Of a stretch of 64,000 nucleotides of DNA, positions 9,740 to 18,517 are shown piece by piece. The stretch comes from Escherichia coli (GTDB lineage: Bacteria > Pseudomonadota > Gammaproteobacteria > Enterobacterales > Enterobacteriaceae): the NCBI RefSeq assembly GCF_022846255.1, contig NZ_AP025682.1. The stretch is one strand, 5' to 3'. The position numbers were made by a program, and so were the translations under genes. The notes under the pieces were generated by a model. It had not been told where the DNA came from, made no database searches, and saw only the letters and a list, made by a program, of their open reading frames with translations. The first letter of the stretch is position 1, and every line of letters starts with the position of its first letter.

Positions 9740-10558
9740 ATGCAATTAGCCAGTCGTTTTGGTCATGTAAATCAGATCCGTCGGGAGCGCCCACTGACAC
9801 GCGAAGAACTGATGTACCACGTCCCGAGTATTTTTGGAGAAGACCGGCACACCTCCCGCAGTGAACGGTATGCGTACATTCCCACCATCACCGTCCTGGA
9901 AAATCTGCAGCGGGAAGGCTTTCAGCCGTTCTTCGCCTGCCAGACCCGTGTGCGCGACCAGAGCCGCCGGGAATATACCAAACATATGCTGCGTCTGCGG
10001 CGGGCCGGACAGATAACCGGTCAGCATGTGCCTGAAATTATTCTGCTCAACTCCCATGACGGTTCATCCAGCTACCAGATGTTACCCGGATATTTTCGTG
10101 CCATCTGCACCAATGGCTTGGTCTGCGGTCAGTCGCTGGGAGAAGTCCGGGTGCCCCACCGGGGAAACGTGGTGGACAGGGTGATTGAAGGTGCTTACGA
10201 AGTGGTGGGCGTGTTTGACCGGATTGAGGAAAAGCGTGATGCCATGCAGTCGCTGGTCCTGCCGCCACCGGCACGCCAGGCGCTGGCACAGGCGGCGCTG
10301 ACTTACCGTTATGGTGATGAACATCAGCCCGTCACCACTACCGACATTCTGACGCCACGACGCCGGGAGGATTACGGTAAGGACCTGTGGAGTGCTTATC
10401 AGACCATCCAGGAAAATATGCTGAAAGGCGGGATTTCCGGTCGCAGTGCCAGAGGAAAACGTATCCATACCCGGGCCATTCGCAGCATCGATACCGACAT
10501 TAAGCTCAACCGGGCGTTGTGGGTGATGGCAGAAACGCTGCTGGAGAGCATGCGCTGA
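9740..10558 (+). CDS. DUF932 family protein (YfjQ/YafZ-like)
   Basis: 272-aa ORF; MQLASRFGHVNQIRRERPLTREELMYHVPSIFGEDRHTSRSERYAYIPTITVLENLQREGFQPFFACQT… is typical of YafZ/YfjQ. Confidence 0.8.
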   Translation: MQLASRFGHVNQIRRERPLTREELMYHVPSIFGEDRHTSRSERYAYIPTITVLENLQREGFQPFFACQTRVRDQSRREYTKHMLRLRRAGQITGQHVPEIILLNSHDGSSSYQMLPGYFRAICTNGLVCGQSLGEVRVPHRGNVVDRVIEGAYEVVGVFDRIEEKRDAMQSLVLPPPARQALAQAALTYRYGDEHQPVTTTDILTPRRREDYGKDLWSAYQTIQENMLKGGISGRSARGKRIHTRAIRSIDTDIKLNRALWVMAETLLESMR

Positions 10559-10649
10559 TGCTGTTTCCCTGAAAGTGCAGCCCTGACTCACGTCTGTACC
10601 AGTCCCCAGGCATTCTTCCATTCATTTACTTTTTATAAGGAATCATCTC

Positions 10650-11135
10650 ATGACAACCTTTTCGCATAGCTCCACCACACCTTCTGTTTCCGTAACTACT
10701 GCATCAGGGAATAACCAGTCTCAACTGGTTGCCACTCCCGTCCCTGATGAACAGCGCATCAGCTTCTGGCCGCAGCACTTTGGCCTCATTCCACAGTGGG
10801 TGACCCTGGAGCCCCGTGTCTTCGGCTGGATGGACCGTCTGTGTGAAGACTACTGCGGGGGTATCTGGAATCTGTACACCCTGAACAACGGTGGCGCATT
10901 TATAGCACCTGAACCGGATGAAGATGATGGAGAAACCTGGATACTGTTCAATGCCATGAACGGTAACCGCGCTGAAATGAGCCCGGAAGCTGCCGGCATT
11001 GCCGCCTGTCTGATGGCGTACAGCCATCATGCCTGTCGTACGGAGTGTTATGCCATGACGGTCCACTATTACCGGCTGCGGGATTACGCCCTGCAACATC
11101 CGGAATGCAGCGCCATTATGCGCATCATTGACTGA
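10650..11135 (+). CDS. Antirestriction protein (ArdB/KlcA-like; YfjX/YeeS-neighbour family)
   Basis: 161-aa ORF with the conserved …WPQHFGLIPQWVTLEPRVFGWMDRLCEDYCGGIWNLYTLNNGGAFIAPE… pattern. Confidence 0.8.
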   Translation: MTTFSHSSTTPSVSVTTASGNNQSQLVATPVPDEQRISFWPQHFGLIPQWVTLEPRVFGWMDRLCEDYCGGIWNLYTLNNGGAFIAPEPDEDDGETWILFNAMNGNRAEMSPEAAGIAACLMAYSHHACRTECYAMTVHYYRLRDYALQHPECSAIMRIID

Positions 11136-11149
11136 AAGGGGCCGGAACA

Positions 11150-11626
11150 ATGCAACAGATTTCCTTTCTGCCCGGAGAAATGACGCCCGGTGAGCGCAGC
11201 CTCATTCAGCGGGCCCTGAAAACCCTGGACCGCCATCTTCATGAACCCGGCGTGGCCTTCACCTCCACGCATGCGGCACGGGAATGGCTGATTCTGAACA
11301 TGGCGGGACTGGAGCGTGAAGAATTCCGGGTGCTGTATCTGAACAACCAGAATCAGCTGATTGCCGGTGAAACCCTCTTCACCGGCACCATCAACCGCAC
11401 GGAAGTCCATCCCCGGGAAGTGATTAAACGCGCCCTGTATCACAATGCCGCTGCCGTGGTGCTGGCACACAATCACCCGTCCGGTGAAGTCACACCCAGT
11501 AAGGCAGACCGGCTTATCACCGAACGTCTGGTACAGGCACTGGCCCTGGTGGATATCCGGGTGCCGGACCATCTGATAGTCGGTGGCAACCAGGTTTTCT
11601 CCTTTGCGGAACACGGTCTGCTTTAA
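11150..11626 (+). CDS. RadC-like JAB-domain protein (YeeS/YfjY/YkfG family)
   Basis: JAMM motif HNHPSGEVTPSKAD in a 158-aa ORF. Confidence 0.85.
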   Translation: MQQISFLPGEMTPGERSLIQRALKTLDRHLHEPGVAFTSTHAAREWLILNMAGLEREEFRVLYLNNQNQLIAGETLFTGTINRTEVHPREVIKRALYHNAAAVVLAHNHPSGEVTPSKADRLITERLVQALALVDIRVPDHLIVGGNQVFSFAEHGLL

Positions 11627-11688
11627 CCCGTCACAACTACATCACACTTGTTTTCACTTTTATCTTCTGTCTTCAGAGGTATCCCATC

Positions 11689-11910
11689 ATGAAAATTATC
11701 ACCCGTGGTGAAGCCATGCGTATTCACCAACAGCATCCTGCATCCCGTCTTTTTCCGTTCTGTACCGGTAAGTACCGCTGGCACGGCAGCGCTGAAGCGT
11801 ATACCGGTCGTGAAGTGCAGGATATTCCCGGCGTTCTTGCCGTGTTTGCTGAACGCCGTAAGGACAGTTTTGGCCCGTATGTCCGGCTGATGAGCGTCAC
11901 TCTGAACTGA
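11689..11910 (+). CDS. DUF987 protein (YeeT-like)
   Basis: 73-aa ORF MKIITRGEAMRIHQQHPASRLFPFCTGKYRWHGSAEAYTGREVQDIPGVLAVFAERRKDSFGPYVRLMSVTLN. Confidence 0.75.
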   Translation: MKIITRGEAMRIHQQHPASRLFPFCTGKYRWHGSAEAYTGREVQDIPGVLAVFAERRKDSFGPYVRLMSVTLN

Positions 11911-11989
11911 GTCAGGAAGGGCATTCAGAAGAGCAGAATTATCGCCACCACCGGACCATTCTTAACCAATTTTCTGTGAGGATTTTATT

Positions 11990-12358
11990 GTGTCAGACAC
12001 ATTCTCCGGGACAACGCATCCCGATGACAATCACGACCGCCCCTGGTGGGGGCTGCCCTGTACCGTGACACCTTGTTTTGGCGCCCGTCTGGTGCAGGAG
12101 GGTAACCGGTTGCATTACCTTGCCGACCGCGCCGATATCAGAGGCCGGTTCAGCGACGCGGATGCGTACCATCTGGACCAGGCCTTTCCGCTGCTGATGA
12201 AACAACTGGAGCTCATGCTCACCAGCGGTGAACTGAATCCCCGCCATCAGCATACCGTCACGCTGTATGCAAAAGGGCTGACCTGCGAAGCCGACACCCT
12301 CGGCAGTTGTGGCTACGTTTATATGGCTGTTTATCCGACGCCCGAAACGAAAAAGTAA
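11990..12358 (+). CDS. Type IV antitoxin of the CbeA/YeeU family
   Basis: 122-aa ORF immediately upstream of a CbtA-like gene; …WGLPCTVTPCFGARLVQEGNRLHYLADRA… matches the YeeU/CbeA pattern. Confidence 0.85.
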   Translation: MSDTFSGTTHPDDNHDRPWWGLPCTVTPCFGARLVQEGNRLHYLADRADIRGRFSDADAYHLDQAFPLLMKQLELMLTSGELNPRHQHTVTLYAKGLTCEADTLGSCGYVYMAVYPTPETKK

Positions 12359-12447
12359 ACCACCGGAATAATCGTCTGTTCCGGCCTGGTGCTTTCACCA
12401 CGCCACTTTTCCATTTTTCATCTCTGCATATCAGGAAAATCTTCAGT

Positions 12448-12825
12448 ATGAAAACATTACCTGTATTACCCGGGCAGGCGGCCAGTTCACGCCCGTCTCC
12501 GGTTGAAATCTGGCAGACACTGCTCACCCGACTGCTGGACCAGCATTACGGCCTTACGCTGAATGACACACCGTTCGCTGATGAACGTGTGATTGAGCAG
12601 CATATTGAGACAGGCATTTCACTGTGCGATGCGGTGAACTTTCTCGTTGAAAAATACACACTGGTACGTACCGACCAGCCAGGATTCAGCGCCTGTACCC
12701 GTTCTCAGTTAATAAACAGTATTGATATCCTCCGGGCCCGCCGGGCAACCGGCCTGATGGCCCGCGACAATTACAGAACGGTAAATAACATTACCCTGGG
12801 TAAACATCCGGGGGCGAAACAATGA
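12448..12825 (+). CDS. Type IV toxin of the CbtA/YeeV family
   Basis: Start at M48 of the track ORF; MKTLPVLPGQAASSRPSPVEIWQTLLTRLLDQHYGLTLNDTPFADERVIEQHIETGISLCDAVNFLVEKYTLVRTDQPGF…. Confidence 0.85.
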   Translation: MKTLPVLPGQAASSRPSPVEIWQTLLTRLLDQHYGLTLNDTPFADERVIEQHIETGISLCDAVNFLVEKYTLVRTDQPGFSACTRSQLINSIDILRARRATGLMARDNYRTVNNITLGKHPGAKQ

Positions 12826-13310
12826 AACTGGCCCTGACGCTGGAAGCCGACAGCATTAACGTGCAGGCACTGAACATGGGGCGCATTGTCGTTGACGTCG
12901 ATGGTGTTACTCTCGCTTAACTGATTAACGTGGTCTGCGATAACGGTTACTCCCTTCGTGTTGTTGATGAATCTGACCGGACATCAGCAGAGCGCACGCC
13001 ACCATCTGCGGCCCTTACCGGCATACGCTGCAGTACCGCGCATATCACGGCAAAGGACAACGCCTGGCTGTACTCGCTGTCACATCAGACGAATGGCACC
13101 GGCGAATCAGAATGGATTCATTTTACAGGTAGCGGATATCTGTTACGTACCGGTGCGTGGTCGTACCCGGTTCTGCGGCTTAAACGCCTGGGGCTGTCCA
13201 GAACGTTCCGCCGTCTGGTTGTCACACTCATCCGGCGTTATGGCGTCAGTCTCATTCATCTGGATGCCAGTGCCGGATGTCTGCCGGGTTTACCCACTTT
13301 CGACTGGTAA
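12822..13310 (+). pseudogene. YeeW-like prophage gene interrupted by an in-frame TAA
   Basis: ATG at 12822 overlaps the cbtA-like stop (ATGA). Frame 0 reads MKLALTLEADSINVQALNMGRIVVDVDGVTLA, then TAA at 12918-12920, then continues in the same frame (LINVVCDNGYSLRVVDESDR… to the stop at 13308-13310). Confidence 0.5.
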
Positions 13311-13326
13311 TCCGGAAATTCACAAC

Positions 13327-13524
13327 ATGAAATCATTAACCACGGAAACCGCACTGGATATTCTGATTGCGTGGCTGCAGGACAATATCGACTGCGAATC
13401 GGGAATTATCTTTGACAACGATGAGGATAGAACGGATTCGGCAGCACTGTTGCCCTGTATCGAACAGGCCAGGGAGGATATCCGTATCCTGCGCCAGTTG
13501 CAGCTTCTGCAACAGAACCGGTGA
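13327..13524 (+). CDS. Small hypothetical prophage protein (65 aa)
   Basis: ATG-initiated ORF MKSLTTETALDILIAWLQDNIDCESGIIFDNDEDRTDSAALLPCIEQAREDIRILRQLQLLQQNR; corresponds to the C-terminal part of the track ORF 12958..13524. Confidence 0.45.
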   Translation: MKSLTTETALDILIAWLQDNIDCESGIIFDNDEDRTDSAALLPCIEQAREDIRILRQLQLLQQNR

Positions 13525-13608
13525 GTCTTACTCACCAGACTTCATTCCACTGACGCCAGCCTGAACAGGGCTGGCGTTTTCATTTATCTGCAAAAAGGAA
13601 TATCGATT

Positions 13609-14451
13609 ATGTCTGAAATCACAGCCCCCCGTCCGGAAGTGGTCAACGGGCATACGGACGTTATCTGCTCAACCAGTATCCGCCACATTCTGGCTGTACG
13701 AAAGAGTACGCTGCTGCAAATCGACACACTTACCCGGCAACTGGCTGAAATCTCAGCAATGACAGAAAGCATTGGCGGTAAAACCGCACTGGACTGGGCG
13801 ATGAAACAGGATTTTCGCTGCGGCTGCTGGCTCATGGAGAAAACTGAAACGGCAATGAAAGCCATCACCCGAAACCTTGACCGTGAAATCTGGCGTGACC
13901 TGATGCAACGCTCCGGGATGCTGTCATTAATGGATGCGCAGACCCGTGATACATGGTACCGGTCACTGGAGTACAATAATTTTCCGGAAATCAGTGAAGC
14001 GAACATTCTGAGCACATTTGAACAACTGCACCAGAATAAGGATGAGGTGTTTGAGCGAGGGGTGATCAACGTCTTCAGGGGACTGAGCTGGGATTACAAA
14101 ACCAACTCACCCTGTAAATTTGGCAGTAAAATTATCGTCAACAACCTGGTGAGGTGGGACCGGTGGGGGTTTCATCTTATCACCGGGCAACAGACTGACC
14201 GACTCGTCGACCTGGAAAGAATGCTACATCTGTTCAGCGGCAAACCGATCCCCGACAACCGGGAAAACATCACTATTCGTCTGGATGGTCACATCCAGTC
14301 CGTTCAGGGTAAAGAGCGCTATGAAGACGAGATGTTCATCATTAAATACTTTAAGAAGGGATCTGCACACATCACTTTCAAAAGGCTGGAACTGATTGAC
14401 AGAATTAACGATATAATAGCCAGGTACTTTCCTTCTGTGCTCTCAGCCTGA
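13609..14451 (+). CDS. DUF4942-family protein (terminal gene of CP4-like elements)
   Basis: 280-aa ORF at the island end, just inside the tRNA-derived repeat. Confidence 0.7.
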   Translation: MSEITAPRPEVVNGHTDVICSTSIRHILAVRKSTLLQIDTLTRQLAEISAMTESIGGKTALDWAMKQDFRCGCWLMEKTETAMKAITRNLDREIWRDLMQRSGMLSLMDAQTRDTWYRSLEYNNFPEISEANILSTFEQLHQNKDEVFERGVINVFRGLSWDYKTNSPCKFGSKIIVNNLVRWDRWGFHLITGQQTDRLVDLERMLHLFSGKPIPDNRENITIRLDGHIQSVQGKERYEDEMFIIKYFKKGSAHITFKRLELIDRINDIIARYFPSVLSA

Positions 14452-14561
14452 TCCCGAGTGTGATTCCCTTTCGATATCAAAAGGGACTGCGGGTATAATT
14501 GAGGGTACATTTTTAATCAAACCAAACAAATTGTATTAATATCAATATGATAAAAGAAATT

Positions 14562-14583
14562 TTCGATTCCGAGTCCGGCACCA
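14562..14583 (+). repeat. tRNA-Phe (pheU) 3'-end copy; island attachment-site direct repeat (right boundary)
   Basis: ttcgattccgagtccggcacca matches the 3' end of E. coli tRNA-Phe (TTCGATTCCGAGTCCGGGCACCA, recalled) with one G missing; the upstream sequence does not continue the tRNA. Confidence 0.7.
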
Positions 14584-14592
14584 AATTCATAT

Positions 14593-14622
14593 AAACGGAC
14601 CTCCACGGAGGTCCGTTTTTCG
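14593..14622 (+). terminator. Rho-independent terminator-like hairpin downstream of the tRNA-derived repeat
   Basis: ggacctcc-ac-ggaggtcc stem followed by gttttt. Confidence 0.6.
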
Positions 14623-15199
14623 TTTCAGGACGCCACGATTTAAGCGTCCTGCCGCCAAATCAATTCTACCGAACTCAACCAGATTCTCCCCACATCACCA
14701 GCAATTTACGGGCATATTCCAATTCGGGAAAATTTGTTTCTGAGCTATAGCGCTGACTGACGTGAAATGTCGTGCGGCCCCGTGATGCTGTTGAACGTCA
14801 AATGACGTCATCAGGAGCGTAACGCACCCATAAAGCACAACATCGGGCAGAACGCCAACTGATGAGATTTTCTGAATAAGAACAAAGAGAAATGTATCAG
14901 TCCGTTTGCTCATGCAAAGACTAACAATCCATTAAAATAGTAAGCGCTCCGGACAATTTTTCATGGATTATTTTCTGAACATTTTTCTTTGGCAAAGATG
15001 ATGAATTTTGATGGTAAGGAAAATTACTTCTGGTTCTCAGTAAAATCCTTTCGTAATACTATGTAATCAAGAAGTTTATGGCGGGTAAAAATAACGTCCT
15101 ACATTCACCAATAATATGTAAATAAACCCATCTATAGATGGAAAAAATAGGTTATGGCAATTATCATTGCATCATTCCCTTTTCGAATGAGTTTCTATT

Positions 15200-16738
15200 A
15201 TGCAACAACCTGTAGTTCGCGTTGGCGAATGGCTTGTTACTCCGTCCATAAACCAAATTAGCCGCAATGGGCGTCAACTTACCCTTGAGCCGAGATTAAT
15301 CGATCTTCTGGTTTTCTTTGCTCAACACAGTGGCGAAGTACTTAGCAGGGATGAACTTATCGATAATGTCTGGAAGAGAAGTATTGTCACCAATCACGTT
15401 GTGACGCAGAGTATCTCAGAACTACGTAAGTCATTAAAAGATAATGATGAAGATAGTCCTGTCTATATCGCTACTGTACCAAAGCGCGGCTATAAATTAA
15501 TGGTGCCGGTTATCTGGTACAGCGAAGAAGAGGGAGAGGAAATAATGCTATCTTCGCCTCCCCCTATACCAGAGGCGGTTCCTGCCACAGATTCTCCCTC
15601 CCACAGTCTTAACATTCAAAACACCACAACGCCACCTGAACAATCCCCAGTTAAAAGCAAACGATTCACTACCTTTTGGGTATGGTTTTTTTTCCTGTTG
15701 TCGTTAGGTATCTGTGTCGCACTGGTAGCGTTTTCAAGTCTTGAAACACGTCTTCCTATGAGTAAATCGCGCATTTTGCTCAATCCACGCGATATTGACA
15801 TTAATATGGTTAATAAGAGTTGTAACAGCTGGAGTTCTCCGTATCAGCTCTCTTACGCGATAGGCGTGGGTGATTTGGTGGCGACATCACTTAACACCTT
15901 CTCCACCTTTATGGTGCATGACAAAATCAACTACAACATTGATGAACCGAGCAGTTCCGGTAAAACATTATCTATTGCGTTTGTTAATCAGCGCCAATAC
16001 CGTGCTCAACAATGCTTTATGTCGGTAAAATTGGTAGACAATGCAGATGGTTCAACCATGCTGGATAAACGTTATGTCATCACTAACGGTAATCAGCTGG
16101 CGATTCAAAATGATTTGCTCCAGAGTTTATCAAAAGCGTTAAACCAACCGTGGCCACAACGAATGCAGGAGATGCTCCAGCAAATTTTGCCGCATCGTGG
16201 TGCGTTATTAACTAATTTTTATCAGGCACATGATTATTTACTGCATGGTGATGATAAATCATTGGATCGTGCCAGTGAATTATTAGGTGAGATTGTTCAA
16301 TCATCCCCAGAATTTACCTACGCGAGAGCAGAAAAAGCATTAGTTGATATCGTGCGCCATTCTCAACATCCTTTAGACGAAAAACAATTAGCAGCACTGA
16401 ACACAGAAATAGATAACATTGTTACACTACCGGAATTGAACAACTTGTCCATTATATATCAAATAAAAGCGGTCAGTGCCCTGGTAAAAGGTAAAACAGA
16501 TGAGTCTTATCAGGCGATAAATACTGGCATTGATCTTGAAATGTCCTGGCTAAATTATGTGTTGCTTGGCAAGGTTTATGAAATGAAGGGGATGAACCGG
16601 GAAGCAGCTGATGCATATCTCACCGCCTTTAATTTACGCCCAGGGGCAAACACCCTTTACTGGATTGAAAATGGTATATTCCAGACTTCTGTTCCTTATG
16701 TTGTACCTTATCTCGACAAATTTCTCGCTTCAGAATAA
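15200..16738 (+). CDS. cadC: CadC, membrane-integrated ToxR-like activator of the cadBA operon
   Basis: 512 aa; N-terminal winged-helix segment (MQQPVVRVGEWLVTPSINQISRNGRQLTLEPRLIDLLVFFAQHSGEVLSRDELIDNVW), transmembrane segment and periplasmic sensor; upstream of cadBA. Confidence 0.95.
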   Translation: MQQPVVRVGEWLVTPSINQISRNGRQLTLEPRLIDLLVFFAQHSGEVLSRDELIDNVWKRSIVTNHVVTQSISELRKSLKDNDEDSPVYIATVPKRGYKLMVPVIWYSEEEGEEIMLSSPPPIPEAVPATDSPSHSLNIQNTTTPPEQSPVKSKRFTTFWVWFFFLLSLGICVALVAFSSLETRLPMSKSRILLNPRDIDINMVNKSCNSWSSPYQLSYAIGVGDLVATSLNTFSTFMVHDKINYNIDEPSSSGKTLSIAFVNQRQYRAQQCFMSVKLVDNADGSTMLDKRYVITNGNQLAIQNDLLQSLSKALNQPWPQRMQEMLQQILPHRGALLTNFYQAHDYLLHGDDKSLDRASELLGEIVQSSPEFTYARAEKALVDIVRHSQHPLDEKQLAALNTEIDNIVTLPELNNLSIIYQIKAVSALVKGKTDESYQAINTGIDLEMSWLNYVLLGKVYEMKGMNREAADAYLTAFNLRPGANTLYWIENGIFQTSVPYVVPYLDKFLASE

Positions 16739-17103
16739 GTAACTCCCGGGTTGATTCATGCTCGGGAATATTTGTTGTTGAGTTTTTGTATGTTCCCGTT
16801 GGTATAATATGTTGCGGCAATTTATTTGCCGCATAATTTTTATTACATAAATTTAACCAGAAGATGTCACATAACACATTGTAAATATTGAATGTTTATC
16901 TTTTCATGATATCAACTTGCGATCCTGATGTGTTAATAAAAAACCTCAAGTTCTCACTTACAGAAACTTTTGTGTTATTTCACCTAATCTTTAGGATTAA
17001 TCCTTTTTTCGTGAGTAATCTTAGCGCCAGTTTGGTCTGGTCAGGAAATAGTTATACATCATGACCCGGACTCCAAATTCAAAAATGAAATTAGGAGAAG
17101 AGC
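16739..17103 (+). promoter_or_regulatory. cadBA promoter region (Pcad) with CadC-binding sites expected
   Basis: AT-rich intergenic region between cadC and cadB; position assigned from established knowledge of Pcad, individual sites not resolved. Confidence 0.5.
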
Positions 17104-18438
17104 ATGAGTTCTGCCAAGAAGATCGGGCTATTTGCCTGTACCGGTGTTGTTGCCGGTAATATGATGGGGAGCGGTATTGCATTATTACCTGCGAACCTAG
17201 CAAGTATCGGTGGTATTGCTATCTGGGGTTGGATTATCTCTATTATTGGTGCAATGTCGCTGGCATATGTATATGCCCGACTGGCAACAAAAAACCCGCA
17301 ACAAGGTGGCCCAATTGCGTATGCCGGAGAAATTTCTCCTGCATTTGGTTTTCAGACAGGTGTTCTTTATTACCATGCTAACTGGATTGGTAACCTGGCA
17401 ATTGGTATTACCGCTGTATCTTATCTTTCCACCTTCTTCCCAGTATTAAATGATCCTGTTCCGGCGGGTATCGCCTGTATTGCTATCGTCTGGGTATTTA
17501 CCTTTGTAAATATGCTCGGCGGTACCTGGGTAAGCCGTTTAACCACTATTGGTCTGGTGCTGGTTCTTATTCCTGTGGTGATGACTGCTATTGTTGGCTG
17601 GCATTGGTTTGATGCAGCAACTTATGCAGCTAACTGGAATACTGCGGATACCACTGATGGTCATGCGATCATTAAAAGTATTCTGCTCTGCCTGTGGGCC
17701 TTCGTGGGTGTTGAATCCGCAGCAGTAAGTACTGGTATGGTTAAAAACCCGAAACGTACCGTTCCGCTGGCAACCATGCTGGGTACTGGTTTAGCAGGTA
17801 TTGTTTACATCGCTGCGACTCAGGTGCTTTCCGGTATGTATCCGTCTTCTGTAATGGCGGCTTCCGGTGCTCCATTTGCAATCAGTGCTTCAACTATCCT
17901 CGGTAACTGGGCTGCGCCGCTGGTTTCTGCATTCACCGCCTTTGCGTGCCTGACTTCTCTGGGCTCCTGGATGATGTTGGTAGGCCAGGCAGGTGTACGT
18001 GCCGCTAACGACGGTAACTTCCCGAAAGTTTATGGTGAAGTCGACAGCAACGGTATTCCGAAAAAAGGTCTGCTGCTGGCTGCAGTGAAAATGACTGCCC
18101 TGATGATCCTCATCACTCTGATGAACTCTGCCGGTGGTAAAGCATCTGACCTGTTCGGTGAACTGACCGGTATCGCAGTACTGCTGACTATGCTGCCGTA
18201 CTTCTACTCTTGCGTTGACCTGATTCGTTTTGAAGGCGTTAACATCCGCAACTTTGTCAGCCTGATCTGCTCTGTACTGGGTTGCGTGTTCTGCTTCATC
18301 GCGCTGATGGGCGCAAGCTCCTTCGAGCTGGCAGGTACCTTCATCGTCAGCCTGATTATCCTGATGTTCTACGCTCGCAAAATGCACGAGCGCCAGAGCC
18401 ACTCAATGGATAACCACACAGCGTCTAACGCACATTAA
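17104..18438 (+). CDS. cadB: Lysine/cadaverine antiporter
   Basis: 444-aa polytopic membrane protein of the APC family, directly upstream of cadA. Confidence 0.95.
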   Translation: MSSAKKIGLFACTGVVAGNMMGSGIALLPANLASIGGIAIWGWIISIIGAMSLAYVYARLATKNPQQGGPIAYAGEISPAFGFQTGVLYYHANWIGNLAIGITAVSYLSTFFPVLNDPVPAGIACIAIVWVFTFVNMLGGTWVSRLTTIGLVLVLIPVVMTAIVGWHWFDAATYAANWNTADTTDGHAIIKSILLCLWAFVGVESAAVSTGMVKNPKRTVPLATMLGTGLAGIVYIAATQVLSGMYPSSVMAASGAPFAISASTILGNWAAPLVSAFTAFACLTSLGSWMMLVGQAGVRAANDGNFPKVYGEVDSNGIPKKGLLLAAVKMTALMILITLMNSAGGKASDLFGELTGIAVLLTMLPYFYSCVDLIRFEGVNIRNFVSLICSVLGCVFCFIALMGASSFELAGTFIVSLIILMFYARKMHERQSHSMDNHTASNAH

Positions 18439-18517
18439 TTAAAAGTATTTTCCGAGGCTCCTCCTTTCATTTTGTCCCATGTGTTGGGAGGGGCCTTTTT
18501 TACCTGGAGATATGACT

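Noticed and set aside
12958-13326. N-terminal part of the 188-aa track ORF 12958..13524
   Set aside because: It is an out-of-frame overlap of the YeeW-like gene; only the C-terminal 65-aa ATG-initiated portion (13327..13524) looks like a gene.
14562-14583. Possibility that an intact pheU tRNA gene lies in this window
   Set aside because: Only the 3' 22 nt are present and the upstream sequence does not match the tRNA body, so this is an att repeat rather than a gene.
14695-14913. 72-aa minus-strand ORF between the tRNA-derived repeat and cadC
   Set aside because: No recognisable motif or ribosome-binding site, and it lies in the cadC upstream regulatory region; probably a chance ORF or a degraded remnant.
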